The notes beneath the pieces were generated by a model that was not told the DNA's origin, ran no database searches, and saw only the letters and a list, made by a program, of their open reading frames with translations. A program made the position numbers and the translations under genes. A stretch of 64,000 nucleotides of DNA, taken from an uncultured Candidatus Rokubacteria bacterium (GTDB lineage: Bacteria; Methylomirabilota; Methylomirabilia; Rokubacteriales; DASRDR01). The DNA is taken from contig CAWDVE010000018.1 in assembly GCA_963805625.1 (NCBI GenBank), forward strand, positions 32,001 to 96,000, read 5' to 3'. Shown in pieces: positions 1 through 9,023 of the stretch (position 1 is the stretch's first letter; every line of letters begins with the position of its first letter).

Positions 1-462
1 GAGGTGAAGACGAACAAGGAGTACTCCGCCGTTCTGGCCGAGATCGAAGGGGCGAAGGTCGAGAAGGACCGCCTGGAGGAGGAGGTCCTCGGGCTCATGG
101 AGCTCCAGGAGCGTCTCAGCCGCGAGGTGGTCGAGGGCGAGGCGCGGCTCCGGCCCCAGGAGGCGGAGGCGCGGGTCCAGGAGGCGGCTGCCGCCGAGGA
201 GCTGCGCGCGCTCGAGGTGGACGTTGAGGCCGCCCGGAGCGAGCGGGAGGGCGCCGCCCGCGATGTCCCGCGGGACGTCCTGGTCCAGTACGGGCGGCTC
301 CTCAAGGTGCGGGCCGGGCTCGCCGTGGCGCTCGTGGGCAGCAACGGGATCTGCTCCGGCTGCCGGGTGACCCTCACGCCCCAGCGCTTCAACGAGGTGC
401 GCCAGTCCAGTCAGATCTTCGTCTGCGAGAACTGCGGCCGCTTCCTGTACTACCAGCCGTAA
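1..462 (+). CDS. C4-type zinc-ribbon domain coiled-coil protein (DUF164-like), 5' part outside window
   Basis: KTNKEY coiled-coil segment plus C-terminal CSGC...CENCGRFLY zinc ribbon; this family often lies near rnpB. Confidence 0.9.
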   Translation, partial: EVKTNKEYSAVLAEIEGAKVEKDRLEEEVLGLMELQERLSREVVEGEARLRPQEAEARVQEAAAAEELRALEVDVEAARSEREGAARDVPRDVLVQYGRLLKVRAGLAVALVGSNGICSGCRVTLTPQRFNEVRQSSQIFVCENCGRFLYYQP

Positions 463-516
463 GCCCGCAGCGCGGCGTCCCGCCGCCCTGCCCACGCCGC
501 CGCCCGCCCCGTCGAG

Positions 517-522
517 TATACT
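517..522 (+). promoter_or_regulatory. Putative -10 element (TATACT) for rnpB
   Basis: TATACT in a GC-rich intergenic region 44 nt upstream of the P1 helix. Confidence 0.45.
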
Positions 523-565
523 TTCAGCGATCGTCACGCTCGTGACCATGCTCTTTGACAGACGC

Positions 566-967
<402 letters not shown>

Positions 968-1017
968 TTTTCCTTTTATCGCGCATACTTACTCAGCGGC
1001 GCCTTACAGCGGCGCGG

Positions 1018-1033
1018 CGACGTACAGAACCCC
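1018..1033 (+). repeat. Downstream arm-like motif CGACGTACAGAACCCC, copy 1
   Basis: 16-bp identity with 5261-5276; both lie about 50 bp after an att-core copy. Confidence 0.75.
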
Positions 1034-1088
1034 CACACAGAAAGCGCGCGATGGCCGCTTTCTAGTGTTCCGTGATTGATCGCCCGGC

Positions 1089-2504
1089 TCACGCGCTTGG
1101 CTTGATGTTCTGGTTCAGTCGAAACAGGTTTGTCGGATCGTATCTAGTCTTCAAGGCGACGAGGCGGTTGTAGTTGGCGGCGCCATAGCTGTTGCGCACC
1201 AGCTCCTCCCCCTCCTCGCCGAGGCCCGCGAAGTTGAGATAAGCGCGGCCGCCGGAATGATGCTTCATGTTGCCCCAGAAGGCGCGCGACCAGGACAGGT
1301 TCCGCTCGTCGTCGGCCGGATTTTTCCAGATCGAATCGATGCTCAGCATGTAGCGCATGTTGCGCTCGCCGAAGGCGGTTGCGTTGCCGGCCACCCGGCC
1401 GACGGCGCCGCCCAGATACCACACCGAGCAGAGCGTCAGGTCGGAGGGGCGATCGGCGGCGCGTGGCGCGATCTCGTCGATCATCCGGTCGTCCAGGCCG
1501 TTCAGATAGAGCGATTTGAAGTAGGCGCGATGAACGCCCTTGGGGAACAGCCCATCGTAGAGCTTCTGAACGCTGCAGTAGGGCATCCGGCCGCTGATAT
1601 CCAGTACCGGCGTGGCCAATTCGCGCAGGGGCCTGACGGCTTGTTCGCCCTCGTGCGCCGGGCCCGCCCACACCCCGGCCAGAGCCATGACCCGCGCGCC
1701 CCAGGTCTCCTCGGGATATTCCGGATCCGTGGGGATCGTGGAGAATTCGACCAGCGTTCCGCCGATCTCGTCGGGCGCGGTTGCCATGAAATCGCGCCAG
1801 CCCTTCATCACCTGGGCGGCGTCCTCACTCCGGTAGATCACGCCCAGGAACATCACTTCCGGCCCGATCGGATGCAGCTGGAACTCGAACGAGGTGACGA
1901 CGCCGAAATTACCGCCGCCACCGCGCACGGCCCAGTAGAGATCGCTGTTCTCGGCCGCGCTGGCGGTGCGAAGCTGGCCGTCCGCGGTGACGATGTCGAC
2001 TGACAGGACGTTGTCGAGGCTGAGGCCATGCTTGCCGCGCAGCCAGCCGAGGCCACCGGCGAGCGTCAGCCCGCCCACGCCCGTCGCCGAGACGACGCCG
2101 CCCGGCGTTGCCAGACCATAGAGCTGCGCCTCGCGGTCGAAATCGCCCCAGGTTGCGCCGCCTTGCACCCACGCCCGCCGCGCCTTGGGATCGACCCGGA
2201 CCGCGTTCATCCGTGACAGATCGATCATGATGCCGCCGTCGCACGAACCGCTGCCCGCTGAGTTGTGGCCGCCGCACCGCACCGCAGCGAGAAGCCCGTT
2301 TTCGCGCGCGAAATTGACCGCGTGGACGGTGTCGGCGGTGCCGTTGCAGCGGGCGATGAGGGCCGGCTTCTTGTCGAACATGGCATTCCAGATGAGCCGC
2401 GCACTGTCATAGCCTTCGTCACCTGGTTGGAGCAGTTCGCCGCGCAGGTTGGCACGCAACGCTTTCGCCGCCGCTTCAAGACTAGTGGCTTGTCGGTTTG
2501 TCAT
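1089..2504 (-). CDS. FAD-binding oxidoreductase, berberine-bridge/VAO family
   Basis: RCGGH FAD-attachment motif, GGGGNFGVVT, C-terminal YDPTNLFRLNQNI. Confidence 0.95.
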   Translation of the reverse strand: MTNRQATSLEAAAKALRANLRGELLQPGDEGYDSARLIWNAMFDKKPALIARCNGTADTVHAVNFARENGLLAAVRCGGHNSAGSGSCDGGIMIDLSRMNAVRVDPKARRAWVQGGATWGDFDREAQLYGLATPGGVVSATGVGGLTLAGGLGWLRGKHGLSLDNVLSVDIVTADGQLRTASAAENSDLYWAVRGGGGNFGVVTSFEFQLHPIGPEVMFLGVIYRSEDAAQVMKGWRDFMATAPDEIGGTLVEFSTIPTDPEYPEETWGARVMALAGVWAGPAHEGEQAVRPLRELATPVLDISGRMPYCSVQKLYDGLFPKGVHRAYFKSLYLNGLDDRMIDEIAPRAADRPSDLTLCSVWYLGGAVGRVAGNATAFGERNMRYMLSIDSIWKNPADDERNLSWSRAFWGNMKHHSGGRAYLNFAGLGEEGEELVRNSYGAANYNRLVALKTRYDPTNLFRLNQNIKPSA

Positions 2505-2658
2505 GCTTGTCTCCCTTGCTAGCCGCGCGGCAACGCAGGCGGCGCGGCAAATCCGAAATCATTGACGGTACAAGACTATGGTTGAGCCCGAGCCTTCGTA
2601 AGAGGCAGAATGGACACTAACGGGGCAAATGTGACACCGCGCTGACCTGGGAGGATCG

Positions 2659-3735
2659 ATGGCGAGATCCGAAGCGAAGTTGCCGCGAATCTGTCTGCTC
2701 GCCGCGGCGGAAACCTCTCCCGCGGTGCTCTATGGCCTCTATGACGTCCTGAGTACGGCAGGGGCGGTCTATTCCGAACTGACCAGCGGGAATCCGGCGG
2801 AGAAGGTGCTCGACGTTAGGATCGTGGCCGCCACCACCGATCCGTTCCGCTGCTTCGGCGGTGTGATGGTCGAACCGCATGACGCCATCGACCGGCTACA
2901 TGAAACCGACGTCGCGATCGTGTGCGATATGTATACGCCAATCGACACGCCGCCGCGCGGGCGCTACGGGCGAGAGATCGAGTGGCTGAACCGAATCTAC
3001 GCCAAGGGCGCCATTCTCGGTTCCGTCTGCTCGGGCTCCCTGGTGCTCGCCGAGGCGGGCCTTCTGGACGGACTGCAGGCAGCCGGACATTGGGCCTATC
3101 GCGAATTGTTTCGTGAGCACTATCCGAAGGTGAAGTTTCGGGTGGATTCGATCTTGAGCGTTGCCGGTGAGCAAGACCGGATCGTGACAGCGGGGGGCGT
3201 GACCGCCTGGCAGGAACTGGCGCTCTACCTGATTGCCCGGTTTTGCGGGCCTCAGCATGCGATCAGGACGGCCAAGATCCACATCCTGTCCGATCACTCG
3301 GACGGCCAGTTGCCCTTTGCCGTGATCACACCGCGTGTGGGGAACACCGACGCTGTCATCGCCGACTGCCAACACTGGATCGCTGAGAATTACGCGTGCC
3401 AGAATCCTGTTGCCAGCATGATTGCTCACTCGGGCCTCAAGCCCCGCACCTTCGCCCGGCGGTTTCTGGCGGCGACCGGCTTTCATCCGGTGGACTATGT
3501 GCACGCGGTTCGCATGGAGGAGGCGAAACAACGCCTGGAAACCGATACCGTCAGCGTGGAGGAAATTGGCCACATCGTGGGCTATGAGGATCCCACCTTC
3601 TTTCGCCGCCTGTTCAAGCGCAAGGTCGGCCTGACCCTTGCGGCATACCGGCGAAAATTCTCCAAGATCGCGGCGATCGGACATTCGGGGACGCAGTATT
3701 CAACTCCGGCGCCTCGGCGGCGGAATTTCGGATGA
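2659..3735 (+). CDS. GlxA-family AraC regulator (DJ-1/PfpI domain + AraC HTH)
   Basis: SVCSGSLVLAEAGLLDG; C-terminal VGYEDPTFFRRLFKR; divergent from the oxidoreductase. Confidence 0.93.
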   Translation: MARSEAKLPRICLLAAAETSPAVLYGLYDVLSTAGAVYSELTSGNPAEKVLDVRIVAATTDPFRCFGGVMVEPHDAIDRLHETDVAIVCDMYTPIDTPPRGRYGREIEWLNRIYAKGAILGSVCSGSLVLAEAGLLDGLQAAGHWAYRELFREHYPKVKFRVDSILSVAGEQDRIVTAGGVTAWQELALYLIARFCGPQHAIRTAKIHILSDHSDGQLPFAVITPRVGNTDAVIADCQHWIAENYACQNPVASMIAHSGLKPRTFARRFLAATGFHPVDYVHAVRMEEAKQRLETDTVSVEEIGHIVGYEDPTFFRRLFKRKVGLTLAAYRRKFSKIAAIGHSGTQYSTPAPRRRNFG

Positions 3736-3784
3736 CGGCCCATGGGACCAACCTGCCCGCCACCCGGGTCGTCCGAGGAACACC

Positions 3785-3813
3785 TTGACCTAGGCTGAAC
3801 GAATTCCTACATT
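3785..3813 (+). promoter_or_regulatory. Sigma70-like promoter TTGACC-N17-TACATT
   Basis: Near-consensus hexamers with 17-bp spacing, pointing toward the repeat at 3975-4089. Confidence 0.55.
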
Positions 3814-3974
3814 CTAGCTCGCCACCGATTGCCCACCCCGTCTGGAGCTCGCCGGCCGCGAAGAGATTCCGGCCTCGCCGCCAGTCGGCGTCAGGACTCC
3901 CTCGGTGATCAGACGCTCAGAGCCACCGGGCCAGTTGTCGGGCAGGCCAGAGGCCATCGCCGCCGAGCCCCGCG

Positions 3975-4089
3975 CTTATGGGGCAGGCTATGTCACCGAT
4001 AAGCCAACTGACGTAAGTCCGCACCCGTACAGAATCCGGGGCAACTCGTCGATATCCCGGCTTACAGGCTCCCTCTGGCGCGTTTCTTT
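3975..4089 (+). repeat. Arm + rnpB att-core, copy 2
   Basis: CTTATG-N17-GATAAGC...GTACAGAATCC...TCGTCGATATC followed by the 26-bp rnpB 3' end (4056-4081) and GTTTCTTT. Confidence 0.88.
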
Positions 4090-4392
4090 GTCACGCCGAC
4101 ATCCGAAGCATGAGCTCCTCGGCAGCGTCCGCCCCGGTCCTTGCCGGGCGGCCCGCGGGGCGCTAGACTCCGGCCACCCTAGTGACGCGCCAGCTTGGCG
4201 ACGAGGGCGTCGCGGCCGCCCAGGCGGCGATCGAGCTGGATCGACAGCTTGCCGAGCTCGACCGCCTCGCTGTGCACTGATCGTCCGTGGCCAGATCTAT
4301 CAGTGCCACTGCTAGACCGAACAGGCGAGGCAGGGGTGGAACCGGATTCGCCCACGGTGCTACGGTTTCTCGTCTAACCAGGAGCCACGGAC

Positions 4393-5046
4393 ATCACGAT
4401 ACCGGAGCCTCGAGTACTTCGACCCGGGGAGCCCGCCCCGGATTTCACGCTGCCCACCGTCGAGCGCGAGGGCACGGTCTCACTGGCTGACTACCGAGGG
4501 CGGAGCTCCCTGCTCCTCGCCTTCTTCCGGGGGATCTACTGTCCGTTCTGCCGGCGGCAGATCGCCAAGCTAGGACTCTCACGAGACAAGCTGCTGTCGG
4601 TGGGCGTCGAAACTCTCGCCGTCGTGGCGAGTAACCTCGAGCGCACCCGTCTGTACTTCCGGTACCGGCCGACGGGTGTGCCCTTGGCCGTCGATCCGGC
4701 GCTCATCACCCATCGCGCCTTCGGGGTCTCACAAGTCCCGGTGACCCCAGAGTTGAGGGAAGCGCTTCGGACCTTCCGGACCGACGTGATGGGCGAGCTG
4801 CCGCAGCCGCTGCCGATCAGGGACGCGGTGAAGGTGCTCGATGCGCGGGACGGTTTCGAGCCCACCGAGACCGACACCCGAGAGGACCAGGAGCATGGTT
4901 TCTTGGACGTGGGGCAGTTCCTGGTGGACCGCAGAGGCATCGTACGCTGGGCCAACCTGGAGCTCGCCAGCGACGGCCCTGCAGGGCTCGGTAAGTTCCC
5001 CAGCGAGGAAGAGCTCCTCGCGCTGGCGCGGACGCGCGGCTCCTAG
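4393..5046 (+). CDS. AhpC/TSA-type redoxin (CPFC), start codon non-canonical or mutated
   Basis: The 4600 frame is open upstream as PGEPAPDFTLP...LLAFFRGIYCPFCRRQI; AGGAG precedes ATC at 4393. Confidence 0.8.
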   Translation: MTIPEPRVLRPGEPAPDFTLPTVEREGTVSLADYRGRSSLLLAFFRGIYCPFCRRQIAKLGLSRDKLLSVGVETLAVVASNLERTRLYFRYRPTGVPLAVDPALITHRAFGVSQVPVTPELREALRTFRTDVMGELPQPLPIRDAVKVLDARDGFEPTETDTREDQEHGFLDVGQFLVDRRGIVRWANLELASDGPAGLGKFPSEEELLALARTRGS

Positions 5047-5105
5047 CGCGCCGCCGATGCCGTCGACGTCCGGGACGACAGTGGCTGGAGCGCCGAGTGT
5101 CGGCC

Positions 5106-5276
5106 CTTATGAGGGGCCAGATCCCATCCATAAGCGGATCGATGCAGGTACGCGCCCTGCATGGAATTGGGGCACATTCGTCGATATCTCGGCTTACAGG
5201 CTCCCTCTGGCGCGTTTCTTTCATTGGGCATTTGCAACGCACTACTTCGTCGCCGGTAATCGACGTACAGAACCCC
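5106..5276 (+). repeat. Arm + rnpB att-core + downstream arm, copy 3 (attP-like junction)
   Basis: CTTATG-N17-CATAAGC; 5178-5221 matches 4046-4089 with 1 mismatch; CGACGTACAGAACCCC at 5261. Confidence 0.88.
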
Positions 5277-5460
5277 GGGATGTAAAGCCCGCTTATTCAC
5301 GAGGCCGTCCCCACCCCTGCGCGCGGCGCGCGAGCCAGCGTTCGAGCCGTCCCCGAGGGAACCGGACACCCGCCCCGGACGTGACGCCGTGCTCAATTGG
5401 AAATCCGTGCCCCTTCCTCGGCTCACGTGAGTTTCCAGGGTAGCCAGAGCATGGCCTCGC

Positions 5461-5538
5461 TCAGCGCCGCGTCCGTGATTCGGTGTAGACCACCATCGAT
5501 TTGATGTCCTTATGCCCGAGCGACTCCTTCACCCACTC
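5461..5538 (-). pseudogene. Tyrosine integrase C-terminal remnant
   Basis: EWVKESLGHKDIKSMVVYTE resembles box II VxxxLGHxxIxxTxxY; the upstream catalytic domain is absent. Confidence 0.7.
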
Positions 5539-5622
5539 GCGCGGCGAGAGGAACCGCCGTCCCGTGCTAATATCGCGCGGACGAAGCTCCGGCGCGATGC
5601 GGCCCGGCGCCGGCTCGACCCG

Positions 5623-8049
5623 ATGACGACGCGGTTGATCGGTGCGCGCATCTCGCGAAACGAGGATCCGCGGCTCCTCCGGGGGCTGGGCTCGTTCGTC
5701 GACGACATCGAGCCGCGCGGGGTGCTTCACGCCGCGTGCCTCCGCTCCCCGCATGCGCACGCGCGGGTCCTCGCGATCGATACCGCCCGGGCCCGCGCGC
5801 TGCCGGGTGTGCACCTGGTCCTGACCGCTGCCGAGCTCGGCGAGCTCAACCAGCCGTCGCCGCTCCTGATTCCGCACCCGGGCCTGTCCCATCCGAGGAC
5901 CCAGCGGCCGCTCGCGGTCGACCAGGTCCGCTACACGGGCGAGCTCGTCGCCTTCGTGGTGGCCGATGACCGCTACGTGGCCGAGGACGCCGCCGGCCTG
6001 ATCGACGTCGCCTACGAGTCCCTGCCGGTGGTGACCGATCTGGAGGCGGCCGGCAATCCCGGAGGACCGCTCGTCCACGCGGACGTGCCAGCGAACCGCG
6101 CGGCGCGCCTCGTTCAGCAGGTGGGAGACCCGGACGCGGCGTTCAGGCGGGCGGCCCACGTTCTGCAGGAGCGGCTCTATATCGAGCGGAGCTGCGGCAG
6201 CCCGATCGAGGCGCGCGGCGTGGTCGCGGAGTACGACGCCCGGACCGGGCAGCTCCGGGTGTGGAGCTCGACGCAGGCGCCGCTGCCCATCAAGAACGGC
6301 CTCGCCCGGATCTTCGGCCTGCCCGAATTCAAGGTCGAGGTCGTCGTGCCGGACACCGGGGGCGGCTTCGGCACAAAGATCATGCTGTTCTACCCCGAGG
6401 AGATCCTGGTCCCGTACGCGGCGATGCGGCTCGGGCGAGCCGTGAAGTGGACCGAGGACCGCCTCGAGCACTTCGTCAGCGCCAGCCACGAGCGCGGGCA
6501 GCTCCACGACGTCGAGGTCGCCTGTGACGCGGCCGGCCGGATCCTCGGACTCCGGGACCGGTTCCGCCACGACGCCGGGGCCTACACGCCGTATGGCATC
6601 GTCATCCCGCTCATCACTTCGACCCAGCTCCCCGGCCAGTACCGGATCCGGCACTACCAGGTCGAGTTCGACGTGCTCTACACGAACAAGGTGATGACGA
6701 CCCCCTACCGCGGCGCCGGGCGCCCCCACGGCGCCTTCGTCATGGAGCGGGTCATCGGCCTCATCGCTCGCGAGCTCGGGCTCGAGCCCGCCGAGGTGCG
6801 CCGCCGAAACCTCATCCAGCCGGACGAGTTCCCGTGGGACGTGGGGCTTACGTTCCAGGACGGCGGACCGACGCGCTACGACAGCGGGAACTACCCCGCG
6901 GGCCTCGAGATGGCGCTCGAGGCGATCGGCGCGCGAGACTTCCGGGCCCGGCAGGCGGCGGCCCGCGCCGAGGGGCGATACCTCGGCCTCGGCGTCGCCT
7001 GCTACGTCGAGGGGACCGGGATCGGGCCCTACGAGGGCGCCCACGTACGGGTCGAGCCGAGCGGGCGGATCTTCGTGGCGACTGGCCTCACGACGCAGGG
7101 CCAAGGCCACCAGACGACCTTCGCTCAGATCGCCGCCGAGGCGCTCGGGTGCTCGCCGGCCGACGTGACGGTGGTGACCGGCGACACGGGGCGATTCAAC
7201 TGGGGCGCGGGAACGTTCGCGAGCCGCGCGCTGGTGACGAGCGGCAACGCGGTGGCGGCGGCGGCCCGCAAGGTCCGCGACAAGGCGCTCCACCTCGCGG
7301 GCGAGCTGCTCGAGGCCTCGCCGGGCGACATCGAGCTGGTCGACGGCGCTGCCCGGGTCAAGGGGGTGCCCGGACGCGAGCTCACGCTCGGAGCCCTGGC
7401 CACGGTGGCCAACCCGATCCGCTACGCCTACGGGAAGGAGGCGGCGGAGTCGGCGCTCCGGCTCGTCAAGCCTCGCCGCGGCGCCGTCCTCCGCGACGAC
7501 GAGGAACCGGGGCTCGAGGCGCGCGGCTACTACGCGCCGCCGCAGGCGACCTTCGCGAGCGGCTGCCACGCGGCGATCGTCGAGGTGGACGTCGAGACCG
7601 GCGAGGTCACGTTCGAGAAGTATGTCGTCCAGCATGACTGCGGGACCATCGTGAACCCGACGATCGTCGAGGGACAGATCCACGGCGGCGTCGCCCAGGG
7701 CATCGGGGGTGCGCTCTACGAGAAGCTCGCGTACGACGAGCACGGGCAGCTTCTTGCCGGGAGCTTCATGGACTTCCTCATGCCCACAGCCGCGGAGATC
7801 CCCGACATCACCGTCGTTCACCTGGAGACGCCGTCCCCGTTGAACCCGCTGGGCGTCAAGGGGGTGGGCGAGGCCGGGGCCATCCCGGTCCCCGCGCTGG
7901 TGGCCGAGGCGGTGGACGACGCGCTCGCTCCCTTCGGCGTACGGGTGCGCGAGATGCCGCTCAACCCGACCCGGATCCGGGAGCTGGTCGAGCAAGCCAC
8001 CGCCGGTGCCGGCGGACGCGCGTCGATCGGCCGGCGCGCTGGACCCTGA
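5623..8049 (+). CDS. Xanthine dehydrogenase-family molybdopterin large subunit (CoxL form II-like; candidate uracil/thymine dehydrogenase L)
   Basis: GGGFGTK, PYRGAGRP, QGQGHQT, EGQIHGGVAQG, KGVGEAG. Confidence 0.93.
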   Translation: MTTRLIGARISRNEDPRLLRGLGSFVDDIEPRGVLHAACLRSPHAHARVLAIDTARARALPGVHLVLTAAELGELNQPSPLLIPHPGLSHPRTQRPLAVDQVRYTGELVAFVVADDRYVAEDAAGLIDVAYESLPVVTDLEAAGNPGGPLVHADVPANRAARLVQQVGDPDAAFRRAAHVLQERLYIERSCGSPIEARGVVAEYDARTGQLRVWSSTQAPLPIKNGLARIFGLPEFKVEVVVPDTGGGFGTKIMLFYPEEILVPYAAMRLGRAVKWTEDRLEHFVSASHERGQLHDVEVACDAAGRILGLRDRFRHDAGAYTPYGIVIPLITSTQLPGQYRIRHYQVEFDVLYTNKVMTTPYRGAGRPHGAFVMERVIGLIARELGLEPAEVRRRNLIQPDEFPWDVGLTFQDGGPTRYDSGNYPAGLEMALEAIGARDFRARQAAARAEGRYLGLGVACYVEGTGIGPYEGAHVRVEPSGRIFVATGLTTQGQGHQTTFAQIAAEALGCSPADVTVVTGDTGRFNWGAGTFASRALVTSGNAVAAAARKVRDKALHLAGELLEASPGDIELVDGAARVKGVPGRELTLGALATVANPIRYAYGKEAAESALRLVKPRRGAVLRDDEEPGLEARGYYAPPQATFASGCHAAIVEVDVETGEVTFEKYVVQHDCGTIVNPTIVEGQIHGGVAQGIGGALYEKLAYDEHGQLLAGSFMDFLMPTAAEIPDITVVHLETPSPLNPLGVKGVGEAGAIPVPALVAEAVDDALAPFGVRVREMPLNPTRIRELVEQATAGAGGRASIGRRAGP

Positions 8050-9023
8050 TGCAGCCCGTGACGCGGCCACGCCCTGGCGGGAGCGCCCGGCTCCGATCCG
8101 GACTGAGGGCCGTCCGCGTGAGTCGGTGTGTCCGCGATCGGATCGACGCGTGGTGTCGAGCCGTGGTGCTCGGGGTCCAGCGTCGCGCCTGTCATCTCAC
8201 CGTTGATGACGGACCGCTCCTGATTCTCTCGACACCGGACGTACCGCTTGCGCCGAATGCCCTCGCGGTCGACGTGGCGCCCCACGTCACGCTGGGGGAC
8301 GCCGGCTTCCGAATTGGCCAGCTCGTCGCGCTGGGGGCGAGCGCGCCGCCCGACCGTGACGCCGATTGGCTCGTCACCTTCGGGGCGGCGTCGACCTGGG
8401 AGCCGCGCCCCCGCGTCCACCGGGTCGTCCTATGCGACCTGGTCGATCGGTTGCGGGCCGCGCGCGCCACCGTCATCGCCGACGGCGCAGAGGAGTCACT
8501 CCTCCCGCTCCTCTGGGTGTCGGAGTCCGACGTGGCTGGGCTCCGGCCGGGTGTCGTCGAGACGGCGGGTATCGCGGCGCGGCTCCTCTTGGACGCGGCG
8601 ATCCGGCGTGATGCGGCCTCCCTGGCCCGGGCGGCCCGCGGTCTCGCGGGGCTCGGGCCCGGGTTGACCCCATCGGGAGACGATCTCCTCGCCGGTTTCG
8701 CCGCGGCCTGGATCCTGGTCGGTGAAGCCCGCGGTCTCGATCGCGTGGCTCGCGAGCGCGTGACGGAGGCCCTCTTCGCGGGAGCCGAGCGCCGCGCGTC
8801 GGCGCTCGGGCGAGTCTGGCTCGAGCACGCCCTCCGGGGCGAGCTCCTCGAGCCGATGACCCGGTTCGTCGCCGCCTTCCTCGCCGCGGAGCCTCGCGAC
8901 CTCGGCGCGGCCGTGCGCGGCGCGCTCGCGGTTGGATCTTCGTCCGGGACCGACTGGATGGTGGGATTCGTTCTCGGAGCCGTAGCAACCCTCGATCGAG
9001 TGACGCGGAATCAGCCATGGTGA
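8049..9023 (+). CDS. DUF2877 protein (YlbF/AllH/YahE-like)
   Basis: GLGPGLTPSGDDLLAG and GSSSGTD motifs. Confidence 0.85.
   Translation: MQPVTRPRPGGSARLRSGLRAVRVSRCVRDRIDAWCRAVVLGVQRRACHLTVDDGPLLILSTPDVPLAPNALAVDVAPHVTLGDAGFRIGQLVALGASAPPDRDADWLVTFGAASTWEPRPRVHRVVLCDLVDRLRAARATVIADGAEESLLPLLWVSESDVAGLRPGVVETAGIAARLLLDAAIRRDAASLARAARGLAGLGPGLTPSGDDLLAGFAAAWILVGEARGLDRVARERVTEALFAGAERRASALGRVWLEHALRGELLEPMTRFVAAFLAAEPRDLGAAVRGALAVGSSSGTDWMVGFVLGAVATLDRVTRNQPW

Noticed and set aside
4015-4042. Arm segment AAGTCCGCACCCGTACAGAATCCGG resembles fused rnpB conserved regions (mini-RNase P idea)
   Set aside because: The matches are short and degenerate in the 5106 copy; arm-type binding sites explain it more simply.
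5623-8049. True aerobic CO dehydrogenase (form I)
   Set aside because: The loop is PYRGAGR, not AYxCSFR; no cox accessory genes; pyrimidine context.
5461-8070. 869-aa minus-strand ORF
   Set aside because: It is the antisense shadow of the Mo-enzyme gene; only the last ~26 codons (integrase tail) are meaningful.
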